From NCBI RefSeq assembly GCF_055900595.2, contig NZ_CM148325.1: DNA of 64,000 nucleotides; one strand, written 5' to 3'. Under the pieces are notes generated by a model. That model searched no databases and had not been told where the DNA came from. It was given only the letters and a program-made list of their open reading frames with translations. Shown here piece after piece: positions 45,823 through 56,217 of this stretch. How positions within the stretch are numbered: the first letter of the stretch is position 1; every line of letters begins with the position of its first letter. The translations under genes and the position numbers were made by a program.

Positions 45823-45898
45823 TGGCTCCTCTGACTGGACTCGAACCAGTGACATACGGATTAACAGTCCGCCGTTCTACCGACTGAACTACAGAGGA
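45823..45898 (-). tRNA. asnV: tRNA-Asn (GUU)
   Basis: 76-nt minus-strand TCCTCTGTAGTTCAGTCGGTAGAACGGCGGACTGTTAATCCGTATGTCACTGGTTCGAGTCCAGTCAGAGGAGCCA; locus name from position between ldtA and nac. Confidence 0.95.
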
Positions 45899-45916
45899 AT
45901 CGTGTGAACGGGGCGC

Positions 45917-45945
45917 ATATTAATGGCAGTGCATGGTGATGTCAA
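45917..45945 (-). promoter_or_regulatory. asnV sigma70 promoter
   Basis: Minus strand TTGACA-17 bp-TAATAT then GC-rich discriminator upstream of the tRNA. Confidence 0.7.
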
Positions 45946-46152
45946 AGGGTGAAATGCATTTTTTTGTTTGTTTGCTGTCAATTTCAACAAAGTGATGAGA
46001 TTTCAATCTTATTGGTAATGAACCATCGTGGTGCATACCCTCCTTTTATAGGGCAGGGGAACGCGACTGCTGGTGAAAAGAGCCAATGACGAATCTATCA
46101 TAATCTCTTATTTGACAGTTGGTTAGCTTGTACATCAACGCCAAAATAAAAC

Positions 46153-46168
46153 TGGCAAGCATCTTGCA
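46153..46168 (+). promoter_or_regulatory. nac sigma54 (-24/-12) promoter
   Basis: TGGCAAGCATCTTGCA with canonical GG-N10-GC spacing about 55 bp upstream of nac. Confidence 0.75.
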
Positions 46169-46223
46169 ATCTGGTTGTAAGTAATGGCGGCACTTGGGCC
46201 GATTCTCAAAAACCGGAGGCAAC

Positions 46224-47141
46224 ATGAACTTCAGACGCCTGAAATACTTCGTAAAAATTGTAGATATTGGTAGCCTGACTCAGGCTGCTGAAGTATTGCA
46301 TATCGCACAACCAGCGCTCAGCCAGCAGGTTGCCACACTCGAAGGTGAGTTAAATCAACAACTTTTGATTCGCACAAAACGGGGCGTTACGCCAACAGAC
46401 GCCGGAAAAATTCTCTATACCCATGCGCGGGCCATTTTACGTCAGTGTGAGCAGGCCCAACTCGCGGTGCATAACGTTGGTCAGGCATTATCGGGGCAAG
46501 TCTCGATTGGCTTTGCGCCAGGAACCGCTGCGTCATCCATCACCATGCCCTTATTACAGGCGGTTCGCGCTGAATTCCCGGAGGTCGTTATCTATCTTCA
46601 TGAAAATAGCGGTGCAGTGCTTAACGAAAAACTGATAAATCACCAACTCGATATGGCGGTGATTTATGAGCATTCCCCTGTGGCTGGTGTATCCAGTCAG
46701 GCTTTGCTGAAAGAAGATCTTTTCCTGGTAGGAACTCAAGATTGCCCGGGGCAAAGCGTTGATGTTAATGCTATTGCACAAATGAACCTTTTTCTCCCCA
46801 GTGATTACAGCGCTGTTAGACTTCGTGTTGATGAGGCGTTTTCCCTACGGCGGCTCACGGCAAAAGTCATTGGTGAAATTGAGTCTATTGCTACGCTTAC
46901 CGCAGCGATTGCCAGCGGCATGGGCGTTGCAGTATTACCCGAATCGGCCGCGCGTTCGTTATGTGGCGCAGTAAATGGGTGGATGTCACGCATTACCACG
47001 CCTTCCATGAGTCTCTCTTTGTCATTAAATTTACCCGCCAGAGCGAACTTATCGCCACAGGCACAGGCAGTGAAAGAGTTGTTAATGTCAGTGATTAGTT
47101 CTCCAGTGATGGAAAAAAGGCAGTGGCAATTGGTGAGCTAA
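46224..47141 (+). CDS. nac: Nitrogen assimilation control protein Nac (LysR family)
   Basis: Translation MNFRRLKYFVKIVDIGSLTQAAEVLHIAQPALSQQVATLE... (305 aa); ORF-track start at 46194 is an extension. Confidence 0.92.
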   Translation: MNFRRLKYFVKIVDIGSLTQAAEVLHIAQPALSQQVATLEGELNQQLLIRTKRGVTPTDAGKILYTHARAILRQCEQAQLAVHNVGQALSGQVSIGFAPGTAASSITMPLLQAVRAEFPEVVIYLHENSGAVLNEKLINHQLDMAVIYEHSPVAGVSSQALLKEDLFLVGTQDCPGQSVDVNAIAQMNLFLPSDYSAVRLRVDEAFSLRRLTAKVIGEIESIATLTAAIASGMGVAVLPESAARSLCGAVNGWMSRITTPSMSLSLSLNLPARANLSPQAQAVKELLMSVISSPVMEKRQWQLVS

Positions 47142-47242
47142 GCGTTATATCGGGATGGAATAAGATGCGGGTTTTTATTATTTGTTATGCCGGGCGTTAG
47201 ACTTTAACAATAACGGGATATCTGAACTGCCCGGAGTTTACC

Positions 47243-48193
47243 GTGAATTTCCAACAACTAAAGATAATCCGCGAAGCTGCACGTCAGGATTACAACCTGA
47301 CAGAGGTTGCGAATATGCTTTTTACCTCACAGTCAGGCGTCAGCCGTCATATTCGGGAACTGGAGGATGAACTTGGCATCGAAATATTTGTTCGACGAGG
47401 TAAGCGACTGCTGGGCATGACTGAACCGGGCAAAGCATTACTGGTCATTGCAGAACGTATTCTCAATGAAGCCAGTAATGTTCGTCGGCTTGCAGACCTG
47501 TTTACCAACGATACGTCTGGCGTTCTCACTATTGCAACGACGCATACTCAGGCACGTTATAGCTTGCCAGAGGTCATTAAAGCTTTTCGCGAACTTTTCC
47601 CGGAGGTTCGGCTCGAGCTAATCCAGGGGACGCCACAGGAAATTGCGACGTTGTTGCATAATGGTGAAGCTGATATTGGTATCGCCAGCGAGCGTTTGAG
47701 TAATGACCCGCAGCTCGTCGCCTTCCCGTGGTTTCGTTGGCACCATAGTTTGCTTGTTCCACACGATCATCCCTTGACGCAAATTACACCATTGACGCTG
47801 GAATCAATAGCGAAGTGGCCGTTAATCACTTACCGACAGGGGATTACGGGGCGCTCACGTATTGATGACGCATTTGCCCGCAAAGGTTTGCTGGCAGATA
47901 TTATATTAAGTGCGCAGGATTCTGATGTCATTAAAACCTATGTTGCTCTTGGGCTTGGGATCGGATTAGTTGCCGAACAATCCAGCGGTGAACAAGAGGA
48001 AAAGAATTTAATCCGCCTGGATACGCGGCATCTTTTCGATGCTAATACTGTCTGGTTGGGACTGAAGCGAGGACAACTTCAGCGTAACTATGTCTGGCGC
48101 TTTCTGGAACTTTGTAATGCAGGACTTTCAGTTGAGGATATCAAGCGGCAGGTGATGGAAAACAGTGAAGAGGAAATTGATTATCAGATATAG
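47243..48193 (+). CDS. cbl: LysR-family regulator Cbl (sulfonate-sulfur utilisation)
   Basis: 316-aa ORF MNFQQLKIIREAARQDYNLTEVANMLFTSQSGVSRHIRELE... Confidence 0.92.
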   Translation: MNFQQLKIIREAARQDYNLTEVANMLFTSQSGVSRHIRELEDELGIEIFVRRGKRLLGMTEPGKALLVIAERILNEASNVRRLADLFTNDTSGVLTIATTHTQARYSLPEVIKAFRELFPEVRLELIQGTPQEIATLLHNGEADIGIASERLSNDPQLVAFPWFRWHHSLLVPHDHPLTQITPLTLESIAKWPLITYRQGITGRSRIDDAFARKGLLADIILSAQDSDVIKTYVALGLGIGLVAEQSSGEQEEKNLIRLDTRHLFDANTVWLGLKRGQLQRNYVWRFLELCNAGLSVEDIKRQVMENSEEEIDYQI

Positions 48194-48198
48194 CAAAA

Positions 48199-48222
48199 AG
48201 CCCGCTATAAAAGCGGGCTTTT
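48199..48222 (+). terminator. Rho-independent terminator after cbl
   Basis: AAGCCCGCT-ATAAA-AGCGGGCTTTTC. Confidence 0.8.
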
Positions 48223-48230
48223 CAGAAATT

Positions 48231-48306
48231 TGGCTCCTCTGACTGGACTCGAACCAGTGACATACGGATTAACAGTCCGCCGTTCTACCGACTGAACTAC
48301 AGAGGA
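48231..48306 (-). tRNA. asnU: tRNA-Asn (GUU)
   Basis: Identical 76-nt tRNA-Asn sequence on the minus strand; locus name from position between cbl and yeeO. Confidence 0.95.
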
Positions 48307-48322
48307 ATCGCTGTTGAGGCAC

Positions 48323-48350
48323 ATCTTAACGGCGAAAAATCTTTTGTCAA
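48323..48350 (-). promoter_or_regulatory. asnU sigma70 promoter
   Basis: Minus strand TTGACA-16 bp-TAAGAT upstream of the tRNA. Confidence 0.65.
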
Positions 48351-48466
48351 ACCCGATTTTTAATTTTCCCAACTGTTTGCCGTTTCTATCAACAGTTTGT
48401 TGCATTTGCAGACAATTTGATGGCGAAAATCTTTGCAGCTTTGCTGATTCTCCCTCATTATTTGAA

Positions 48467-49954
48467 ATGTGGTTTCACTTTCTGCAATTAAGGTCGGCTT
48501 TGAATATCTCCTCTGCTTTACGCCAGGTTGTTCACGGCACTCGCTGGCACGCTAAACGCAAGAGCTACAAAGTGTTGTTCTGGCGCGAGATAACCCCGCT
48601 TGCTGTTCCTATCTTCATGGAGAATGCCTGTGTCCTGTTGATGGGGGTTCTGAGCACTTTTCTGGTCAGCTGGCTGGGAAAAGATGCGATGGCCGGCGTG
48701 GGATTGGCGGACAGCTTCAATATGGTCATTATGGCTTTTTTTGCAGCTATCGATCTTGGTACTACTGTCGTTGTAGCATTTAGTCTCGGTAAGCGAGATC
48801 GACGACGAGCGAGGGTGGCGACGCGGCAGTCATTGGTGATCATGACGTTGTTTGCCGTACTGTTGGCAACGCTAATTCATCATTTTGGCGAACAAATTAT
48901 TGATTTCGTCGCGGGTGATGCCACGACAGACGTTAAAGCACTGGCGTTGACTTATCTGGAGCTGACCGTACTCAGTTATCCAGCAGCTGCCATCACTCTT
49001 ATTGGTAGCGGGGCACTTCGTGGTGCAGGGAATACGAAAATACCGCTACTGATTAACGGTAGCCTGAATATTCTTAATATTATTATTAGCGGCATATTGA
49101 TTTACGGCCTTTTCTCCTGGCCGGGACTGGGATTTGTCAGGGCTGGGTTGGGTTTAACCATTTCTCGTTATATTGGCGCAGTTGCAATTTTGTGGGTGCT
49201 GGCGATTGGTTTTAATCCTGCGCTAAGGATTTCGTTAAAGAGCTATTTTAAACCGCTGAATTTTAGCATTATCTGGGAAGTCATGGGGATTGGTATTCCA
49301 GCGAGTGTCGAATCAGTGTTATTTACCAGTGGTCGGTTATTAACCCAAATGTTCGTTGCCGGGATGGGGACCAGCGTTATTGCCGGAAATTTTATCGCGT
49401 TCTCAATTGCGGCTCTTATCAACTTACCCGGAAGTGCGCTCGGTTCTGCTTCTACGATCATTACAGGCCGAAGGTTGGGGGTAGGGCAGATAGCGCAAGC
49501 AGAGATTCAGTTGCGGCATGTGTTCTGGCTGTCCACTCTTGGATTAACGGCCATCGCCTGGCTAACGGCTCCCTTTGCCGGGGTTATGGCATCGTTTTAC
49601 ACCCAGGATCCACAGGTTAAACACGTCGTTGTGATTCTGATTTGGCTAAATGCTTTATTTATGCCTATTTGGTCCGCCTCATGGGTGCTACCCGCTGGAT
49701 TTAAAGGTGCTCGTGATGCCCGTTACGCCATGTGGGTTTCGATGTTGAGCATGTGGGGTTGTCGGGTTGTAGTCGGTTATGTGCTGGGAATCATGCTTGG
49801 CTGGGGTGTGGTTGGCGTCTGGATGGGAATGTTTGCCGACTGGGCTGTGCGGGCCGTGCTGTTTTACTGGCGAATGGTTACTGGACGTTGGCTATGGAAA
49901 TACCCTCGATCCGAGCCGCAAAAGTGTGAAAAAAAGCCAGTTGTGTCGGAATAA
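48467..49954 (+). CDS. yeeO: MATE-family efflux transporter YeeO
   Basis: 12-TM MATE-like ORF; start taken at MWFHFLQ (495 aa), while the ORF track extends to 48314; start uncertain. Confidence 0.85.
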   Translation: MWFHFLQLRSALNISSALRQVVHGTRWHAKRKSYKVLFWREITPLAVPIFMENACVLLMGVLSTFLVSWLGKDAMAGVGLADSFNMVIMAFFAAIDLGTTVVVAFSLGKRDRRRARVATRQSLVIMTLFAVLLATLIHHFGEQIIDFVAGDATTDVKALALTYLELTVLSYPAAAITLIGSGALRGAGNTKIPLLINGSLNILNIIISGILIYGLFSWPGLGFVRAGLGLTISRYIGAVAILWVLAIGFNPALRISLKSYFKPLNFSIIWEVMGIGIPASVESVLFTSGRLLTQMFVAGMGTSVIAGNFIAFSIAALINLPGSALGSASTIITGRRLGVGQIAQAEIQLRHVFWLSTLGLTAIAWLTAPFAGVMASFYTQDPQVKHVVVILIWLNALFMPIWSASWVLPAGFKGARDARYAMWVSMLSMWGCRVVVGYVLGIMLGWGVVGVWMGMFADWAVRAVLFYWRMVTGRWLWKYPRSEPQKCEKKPVVSE

Positions 49955-50007
49955 ACGACAAAATGCAGATTATTTCAGCAAACGATTTCAAATTTAAAAA
50001 ACAGGCT

Positions 50008-50036
50008 TTGACATTGTGGGTGGGCATCGCTAATAT
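50008..50036 (+). promoter_or_regulatory. asnW sigma70 promoter
   Basis: TTGACA-17 bp-TAATAT then TCGCCTCG discriminator, 19 bp upstream of the tRNA. Confidence 0.75.
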
Positions 50037-50054
50037 TCGCCTCGTTCTCACGAT

Positions 50055-50130
50055 TCCTCTGTAGTTCAGTCGGTAGAACGGCGGACTGTTAATCCGTATG
50101 TCACTGGTTCGAGTCCAGTCAGAGGAGCCA
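50055..50130 (+). tRNA. asnW: tRNA-Asn (GUU)
   Basis: 76-nt plus-strand tRNA-Asn with GTT anticodon; locus name from position between yeeO and yeeN. Confidence 0.95.
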
Positions 50131-50191
50131 AATTTTAGTTTTGAGATATCTCTATGAGTCTCAGGACAGTTAAAAAATAAAAATTATTTTT

Positions 50192-50228
50192 ACCCGGTCA
50201 CTTTGTAAAAAAGTGGCCGGGTTTTTGA
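50192..50228 (+). terminator. Rho-independent terminator after asnW
   Basis: CCCGGTCACTTTGTAAAAAAGTGGCCGGG followed by TTTTTGATTT. Confidence 0.75.
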
Positions 50229-50583
50229 TTTCTGTGTTTCGTGCGCTTAATCGAGTCTCACGCTTCAGTGAGCAAATTGCCCCTCCCCAACAGACATCAC
50301 GATTCACAAGGTCAAAAATTCTGTTCCATGAAGTACCGTACAAAGATAAAGAGAAAAATGCCTTATGCGGGATGTAGCAGTCGCGTCTTTATCGGGAAAC
50401 TATACGTAATTGCCACTTTGTCTTCGGTAATCAGAAAAAGAAGACCTGCCATTTTAATAAATATTATTTCTCTGGGAACGGGGATTTTTTATAAGCAATA
50501 TGACGAGTTAAACATTATATTTTTATAAGGATTATATGAGATTAAAGAAATCTGCCATAAAGACAGATTTCTTTAACATATAA

Positions 50584-51300
50584 TTAGAGATTTGCGACGT
50601 TATGATAAACTTTTTGTACATCGTCGTCATCTTCAAGGGCATCAACAAGCCCTTCAAAGATTTCTAAATCTTCTGGGGAAAGCTCAACTTCAGATTGAGC
50701 AATCATTTCTAATTCTGTTGTTGAGAACTCAGTGATTCCAGCTGCTTTTAGCGCCGCGATTCCTTTATGAAGGTCAGTAGGTTCAGTATAAATAACAATA
50801 TTACCTTCTTCTTCAGTTACATCACGAACATCAACTTCAGCTTCAAGCAAAATTTCAAAAATATGGTCAGGGTCTGTTCCTTTAAATACAATCACACCCG
50901 TATTGTCAAACATATAGCTGACAGAACCTGCCGCTCCGATATTGCCGCCTTTTTTATTGAAAATTGTGCGAACGTTAGCAATCGTACGGTTAACATTTGA
51001 AGTCAATGTCTCAGCAATAATCATTGAGCCATTAGGACCAAAGCCTTCATAACGTCCCTGTACGAACGTTTCATCTCCACCGCCTTTGGCTTTATCAATT
51101 GCTTTATCAATAACGTGCTTTGGAACTTGTGCCTGCTTTGCACGTTCAATAACGAATTTTAAAGATGTGTTTAATTCTGGATCGGGTTCACCTTGTTTGG
51201 CAGCAGCATAGATTTCTACACCGAATTTTGCATAAATTTTAGACGTTGCACCGTCTTTAGCCGTTTTTTTAGCAACAATATTGGCCCATTTACGTCCCAC
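50584..51300 (-). CDS. yeeN: YebC/PmpR-family transcriptional regulator YeeN
   Basis: 238-aa [47 protein letters not shown]... Confidence 0.92.
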
Positions 51301-51642
51301 TGGAATGATCTCCTCGAAAATTTATTTACATTACTGGTAAATCGTTAACATGTGTTAATTCAGCATATTATATCATAACAGGAAAAATCTCGTCTATTAG
51401 AAATAAAAATATTCTAAAGCCATAATCTTATATTTAATTTTATAAAAGCTAATGTTGTTGGCGGGATTTTTTATAATTGTGTTTTGAAAGCATACTTGCT
51501 TTTAATATGTGGAAATCATTAAGACGATAATAAAACTCGCATCTGCCCAAGGAAGCAAACAGCCCGCGTTTATTGCAGGCTATTTGCCAGATGTCTTACT
51601 TAATCCTTCACATCTATTTCTGATAAGAAGGTTCATAACTTA

Positions 51643-53097
51643 TTATCGGAACGGCGGCTCATTAAAGGTTCGTAATTTACGTGAATGCAGTCGGTCGCCT
51701 TCTGCGCGCAGCAAATCGATCGCCCGAATGCCAATTTGCAGGTGTTCGGAAATAGCGCCTTCATAAAAACGGTTAGCCTGGCCGGGAAGCTTAATCTCAC
51801 CATGTAACGGTTTATCTGAAACACACAGTAGTGTCCCGTATGGCACGCGGAAACGATATCCTTGCGCGGCAATGGTTGCACTTTCCATATCAATTGCTAC
51901 GGCCCGGCTTAAGTTAAAACGAAGTGCAGAAGCTGAGTAACGTAACTCCCAGTTCCTGTCATCTGTGGTTACCACAGTACCTGTACGCAGCCGCTGTTTG
52001 ACTTCCTCACCAGGCCTGCCGCTGACTAACTTGGTAGCGTCATAAAGCGCACGTTGCACTTCAGCAATGCTCGGAATAGGAATATCGGGCGGCAGAACCG
52101 CATCAAGAACGTGGTCATCGCGTAAATAAGCGTGTGCAAGGACATAATCTCCAATGGCCTGGCTTTCACGTAATCCGCCACAGTGACCAATCATCAACCA
52201 GACATCCGGGCGTAGCACTGCCAGATGATCGCAGATGGTTTTAGCATTGGACGGTCCCACGCCAATATTCACCAGAGTAATACCCTGACCATCAGCGGTA
52301 ATTAAATGCCATGCTGGCATCTGGTATTTTTTCCATGCAAGGTCGGAAATGGCTTCTTCTGGCGCTTCGGTTTCGGCAGTGATCCAGTTCCCGCCAGCAC
52401 AAGAAAGGGCAATGTAGGGACTATCAGGATCGAGGATCTGGCTGCATCCCCAACGAACGAATTCATCCACATAACGTGTGTAGTTGGTAAACAAGACGAA
52501 CGGTTGAAAATGTTCTACTGGCGTACCGGTATAATGGCGCAACCGTGCGAGGGAAAAATCAACCCGGCGAGCATCAAAATGCGATAACGGGGAGAATTCC
52601 GTTGGATGATAAATGCCGTCTGCAGTTTCATCGCCGATTTGCGCCAGTTCTGTTGTCGGGAAGTAGCGAGTTAAACCAGCGCTCATTGAGCGATCAAGTG
52701 TCAATTCAGAGCCATCAATGACATAAGGATAAGGGATTTCATGCTGCGAGGGTTGCACAGAGATATGCGCACCATAATCCTGATACAGCAACGTAAGTTG
52801 TTCATTGAGATACGAACGAAAGAGAGTAGGGCGAGTAATCGTGGTGGTGTAGCTGCCTGCGTGAGTAAAACGACCAAATGCGCGCGTTTTGGGGGGATTA
52901 GTTGTGCTACCGTCCCAGGTTACGGTCAGTGATGGATAGACAAAAAGACCTTTTTTGCGGGCGTTTTCATCAGGTAATTCGCCACTTGTAATATATTTGC
53001 CAATGGCGTTGCGTAAAGCAACTACAGATTGCTCATACAGCGCGTCGAGTTTATCCAGTGCCTGAGCTGGGGTCAGACCGGAGCCCTTATTATTCAT
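51643..53097 (-). CDS. amn: AMP nucleosidase
   Basis: Translation MNNKGSGLTPAQALDKLDALYEQSVVALRNAIGKYITSG... (484 aa); ORF-track start at 53253 is an extension into shiA. Confidence 0.92.
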   Translation of the reverse strand: MNNKGSGLTPAQALDKLDALYEQSVVALRNAIGKYITSGELPDENARKKGLFVYPSLTVTWDGSTTNPPKTRAFGRFTHAGSYTTTITRPTLFRSYLNEQLTLLYQDYGAHISVQPSQHEIPYPYVIDGSELTLDRSMSAGLTRYFPTTELAQIGDETADGIYHPTEFSPLSHFDARRVDFSLARLRHYTGTPVEHFQPFVLFTNYTRYVDEFVRWGCSQILDPDSPYIALSCAGGNWITAETEAPEEAISDLAWKKYQMPAWHLITADGQGITLVNIGVGPSNAKTICDHLAVLRPDVWLMIGHCGGLRESQAIGDYVLAHAYLRDDHVLDAVLPPDIPIPSIAEVQRALYDATKLVSGRPGEEVKQRLRTGTVVTTDDRNWELRYSASALRFNLSRAVAIDMESATIAAQGYRFRVPYGTLLCVSDKPLHGEIKLPGQANRFYEGAISEHLQIGIRAIDLLRAEGDRLHSRKLRTFNEPPFR

Positions 53098-53198
53098 GTG
53101 TGTCTCCTGTTCCATACAATTACCGCACATCCGATAGTATGTCACAGGAATGTGAAACAAAAGTATAAGGCGAAGATCGGATGATCTTCGCCAGGCTA

Positions 53199-54515
53199 TC
53201 ACGAGCGTTGATTGTCTTTCATCAATAAAGCGGTCATTGCAGAAATCAGGCATCCAGCCAGCAAATAAATGGCGACGCTATGCCAGTTCCCGGCAAAGTA
53301 AGTGATGAGTGCAGCGGCAATAAAAGGTGTAAATCCACCGCCAACCACACTGGCAACCTGATAACCGACTCCAGCACCACTGTAGCGATAACTGGCACCA
53401 AACATTTCGGTAAACATCGGTTGTTGCACACACACCACCATGTCATGCGCAATGTTTGCCAGCATTATGGAGAAGAAAACTATCCAGAAAATAGATTGTG
53501 CTTCAAGCGCCATAAAGAAAGGAAATGCGCTCAACGTTCCGATCAACGCGCCTGTGATATAAACCCTGCGCCGACCAAAACGATCGGCAAGCCAGGCAAA
53601 ACAGGGAATTGTCAGGCAGCTTAATCCACCTACCAGCAAACCAATATTAAGGAAAAGTTCGCGCGGTAACCCCATATTCTGGGTTGAATAATTAAGTGCA
53701 AAGGCAGTAACAATGTACATCGTCAGCAACTCGCACAGTCGTAGTGCAATAATCTTCAGGAAAGCACCGGGATGTCGTAACAGAGCTTCGATAACCGGGA
53801 TGCGTTTTTTCGCGGCCGCTTGATTATGTTGCTGTTGTTCAAATTCCGCGGACTCCTCCATGCCATTGCGCACCCACAATGCTCCCAGTACCAGTACGAT
53901 GCTAAACAGGAAAGGAATGCGCCAGCCCCAGCTTAAAAACTGTTCGTCAGTCGTCATCATACTGATCAATGAAACCAGTCCGGTTGAAAGCAGTAAACCT
54001 ACTCCGTAGCCAACTTGTACACCGCTACTGTAAAAGGCTTTTTTATTTTTCGGCGCACTTTCAACGGAAAGCAACGCTGCGCCTCCCCATTCGCCGCCGA
54101 CGGCAAATCCCTGAATGGCACGCAGTGTCACCAGCAAAATAGGTGCCCACCACCCAATGGTCGAGAATGAAGGAAGAATACCAATCAAGGCTGTCGCGAT
54201 GCCCATCATCCAGACGGTCAGCATTAACATGCGCTTACGTCCCAGCCGGTCACCAAAGTGACCGAAAATGACACCGCCGAGCGGTCGGAAAAGGAAGCCG
54301 ACACCAAAGGTGGCAAATGCGGCGAGCGTTCCCATCGCCGGGCTTACCTGCGGGAAAAACTCGCGATTAAACACCAGTGCGGCGGTAATGCCATAGAGTA
54401 AAAAATCATACCAGTCGACGACGGCACCAGCGAAACTGCCTAACGCAGCTCGTCGGGCGCGACTTAACGAAAGCGTCCCTTCATCGGGACGAGTGGAGAT
54501 GAGCGTGGAGTCCAT
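53199..54515 (-). CDS. shiA: Shikimate transporter ShiA (MFS)
   Basis: 438-aa 12-TM MFS ORF with GRLGRKRMLM-type loop motif. Confidence 0.92.
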   Translation of the reverse strand: MDSTLISTRPDEGTLSLSRARRAALGSFAGAVVDWYDFLLYGITAALVFNREFFPQVSPAMGTLAAFATFGVGFLFRPLGGVIFGHFGDRLGRKRMLMLTVWMMGIATALIGILPSFSTIGWWAPILLVTLRAIQGFAVGGEWGGAALLSVESAPKNKKAFYSSGVQVGYGVGLLLSTGLVSLISMMTTDEQFLSWGWRIPFLFSIVLVLGALWVRNGMEESAEFEQQQHNQAAAKKRIPVIEALLRHPGAFLKIIALRLCELLTMYIVTAFALNYSTQNMGLPRELFLNIGLLVGGLSCLTIPCFAWLADRFGRRRVYITGALIGTLSAFPFFMALEAQSIFWIVFFSIMLANIAHDMVVCVQQPMFTEMFGASYRYSGAGVGYQVASVVGGGFTPFIAAALITYFAGNWHSVAIYLLAGCLISAMTALLMKDNQRS

Positions 54516-55113
54516 AATGATCCTGTTTGTACTGTCTTTTTATAATTAGTATGGAAAAGGTAACTCACATTGCCGTCGATCTATAAACGAACCTTATGAG
54601 ACTACCTCGACAGAGCGAATCTGCAAATGATTTTATGGCTGATTAACGGCAACATGAAAAATTCGATGGAAGATGAAAGCGCAGGAGTTGCTGGTGTTGT
54701 TTAAGGATTAAGCAGAGGGCCCACAGGTTCGAGATATGAAACATAAAAGTCCGCATATGCACAAAATTGCACCCTGATGATTCTGATAGACTGCATTGCA
54801 TTATAACCAGTAGGGAGGCGAGGTTAGTTATGTTTTTAGTATCATTGTTGAGACGTATTGCATTTAGTTACTACGATTATAAAGCTTATAATTTTAATAT
54901 TGAAAAAACAGACTTTGTTGTCATACATATTCCCGATCAGATTGGCGATGCTATGGCCATCTTTCCTGTTATTCGGGCGCTTGAATTGCATAAAATTAAG
55001 CATCTATTAATTGTTACGTCGACAATTAATTTAGAAGTCTTTAATGCGCTCAAACTTGGGTGATGCTGCCAACTTACTGATTTAGTGTATGATGGTGTTT
55101 TTGAGGTGCTCCA

Positions 55114-55389
55114 GTGGCTTCTGTTTCTATCAGCTGTCCCTCCTGTTCAGCTACTGACGGGGTGGTGCGTAACGGCAAAAGCACCGCCGGACATCAGCGC
55201 TATCTCTGCTCTCACTGCCGTAAAACATGGCAACTGCAGTTCACTTACACCGCTTCTCAACCCGGTACGCACCAGAAAATCATTGATATGGCCATGAATG
55301 GCGTTGGATGCCGGGCAACTGCCCGCATTATGGGCGTTGGCCTCAACACGATTTTACGTCACTTAAAAAACTCAGGCCGCAGTCGGTAA
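55114..55389 (+). CDS. insA: IS1 InsA
   Basis: 91-aa [46 protein letters not shown]... Confidence 0.95.
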
Positions 55390-55811
55390 CCTCGCGCATA
55401 CAGCCGGGCAGTGACGTCATCGTCTGTGCGGAAATGGACGAACAGTGGGGCTATGTCGGGGCTAAATCGCGCCAGCGCTGGCTGTTTTACGCGTATGACA
55501 GGCTCCGGAAGACGGTTGTTGCGCACGTATTCGGTGAACGCACTATGGCGACGCTGGGGCGTCTTATGAGCCTGCTGTCACCCTTTGACGTGGTGATATG
55601 GATGACGGATGGCTGGCCGCTGTATGAATCCCGCCTGAAGGGAAAGCTGCACGTAATCAGCAAGCGATATACGCAGCGAATTGAGCGGCATAACCTGAAT
55701 CTGAGGCAGCACCTGGCACGGCTGGGACGGAAGTCGCTGTCGTTCTCAAAATCGGTGGAGCTGCATGACAAAGTCATCGGGCATTATCTGAACATAAAAC
55801 ACTATCAATAA
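55308..55811 (+). CDS. insB: IS1 InsB reading frame (expressed as InsAB' by -1 frameshift)
   Basis: 167-aa ORF overlapping insA in the -1 frame; ...[46 protein letters not shown]... Confidence 0.9.
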
Positions 55812-56217
55812 GTTGGAGTCATTACCGTCTACCGTTTATCCTTATCACCCTCGATTAAACGTTCAGCAGCAATTATAAAAGATGCTTATATGGCAATAAC
55901 TCCTGACACCTCAATATTACATATGGCAAGCGCCTATAATACCCCTGTTGTTGCAATTTATGCTGATTACAAAACGCGATGGCCCGCAATGGCCGATGTT
56001 TCGGAGTCAGTCGCCGTTGGGCAAAAAATTGACAATATAAGTCTGGATGAATTCGCAAAGGCATTAAAAAGTGTTTTGGCGAGAATTTGAGGCAGTACTT
56101 ATGCATAGTAATGCCGATCTGTTATGAACGGTGGTGCCATCAATACTCTGAGGCTGGTCAATCATCACAGAAAACCAGCCTTTGGATCAAAGCAATACTC
56201 ACCGAAAATGATCATAG

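Larger units (their letters stand above)
55059..55826 (+). mobile_element. IS1 (768 bp)
   Basis: Ends GGTGATGCTGCCAACTTACTGAT... and ...ATCAATAAGTTGGAGTCATTACC; insA/insB present; no obvious 9-bp TSD. Confidence 0.95.
54767..56090 (+). pseudogene. yeeL: yeeL (glycosyltransferase family 9-like) pseudogene interrupted by IS1
   Basis: N-terminal piece 54767-55058 and C-terminal piece ~55890-56090 (...ASAYNTPVVAIYADYKTRWPAM...) flank the IS1 copy. Confidence 0.7.

Noticed and set aside
50131-50583. Possible genomic island (pks-type) inserted at asnW
   Set aside because: Only ~450 bp of AT-rich intergenic sequence and a terminator separate asnW from yeeN; no integrase or direct repeat of the tRNA 3' end.
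53246-53624. Small ORFs (68 and 114 aa) at the amn-shiA junction
   Set aside because: They overlap the shiA C-terminus or the amn upstream extension; consistent with ORF-track over-extension.
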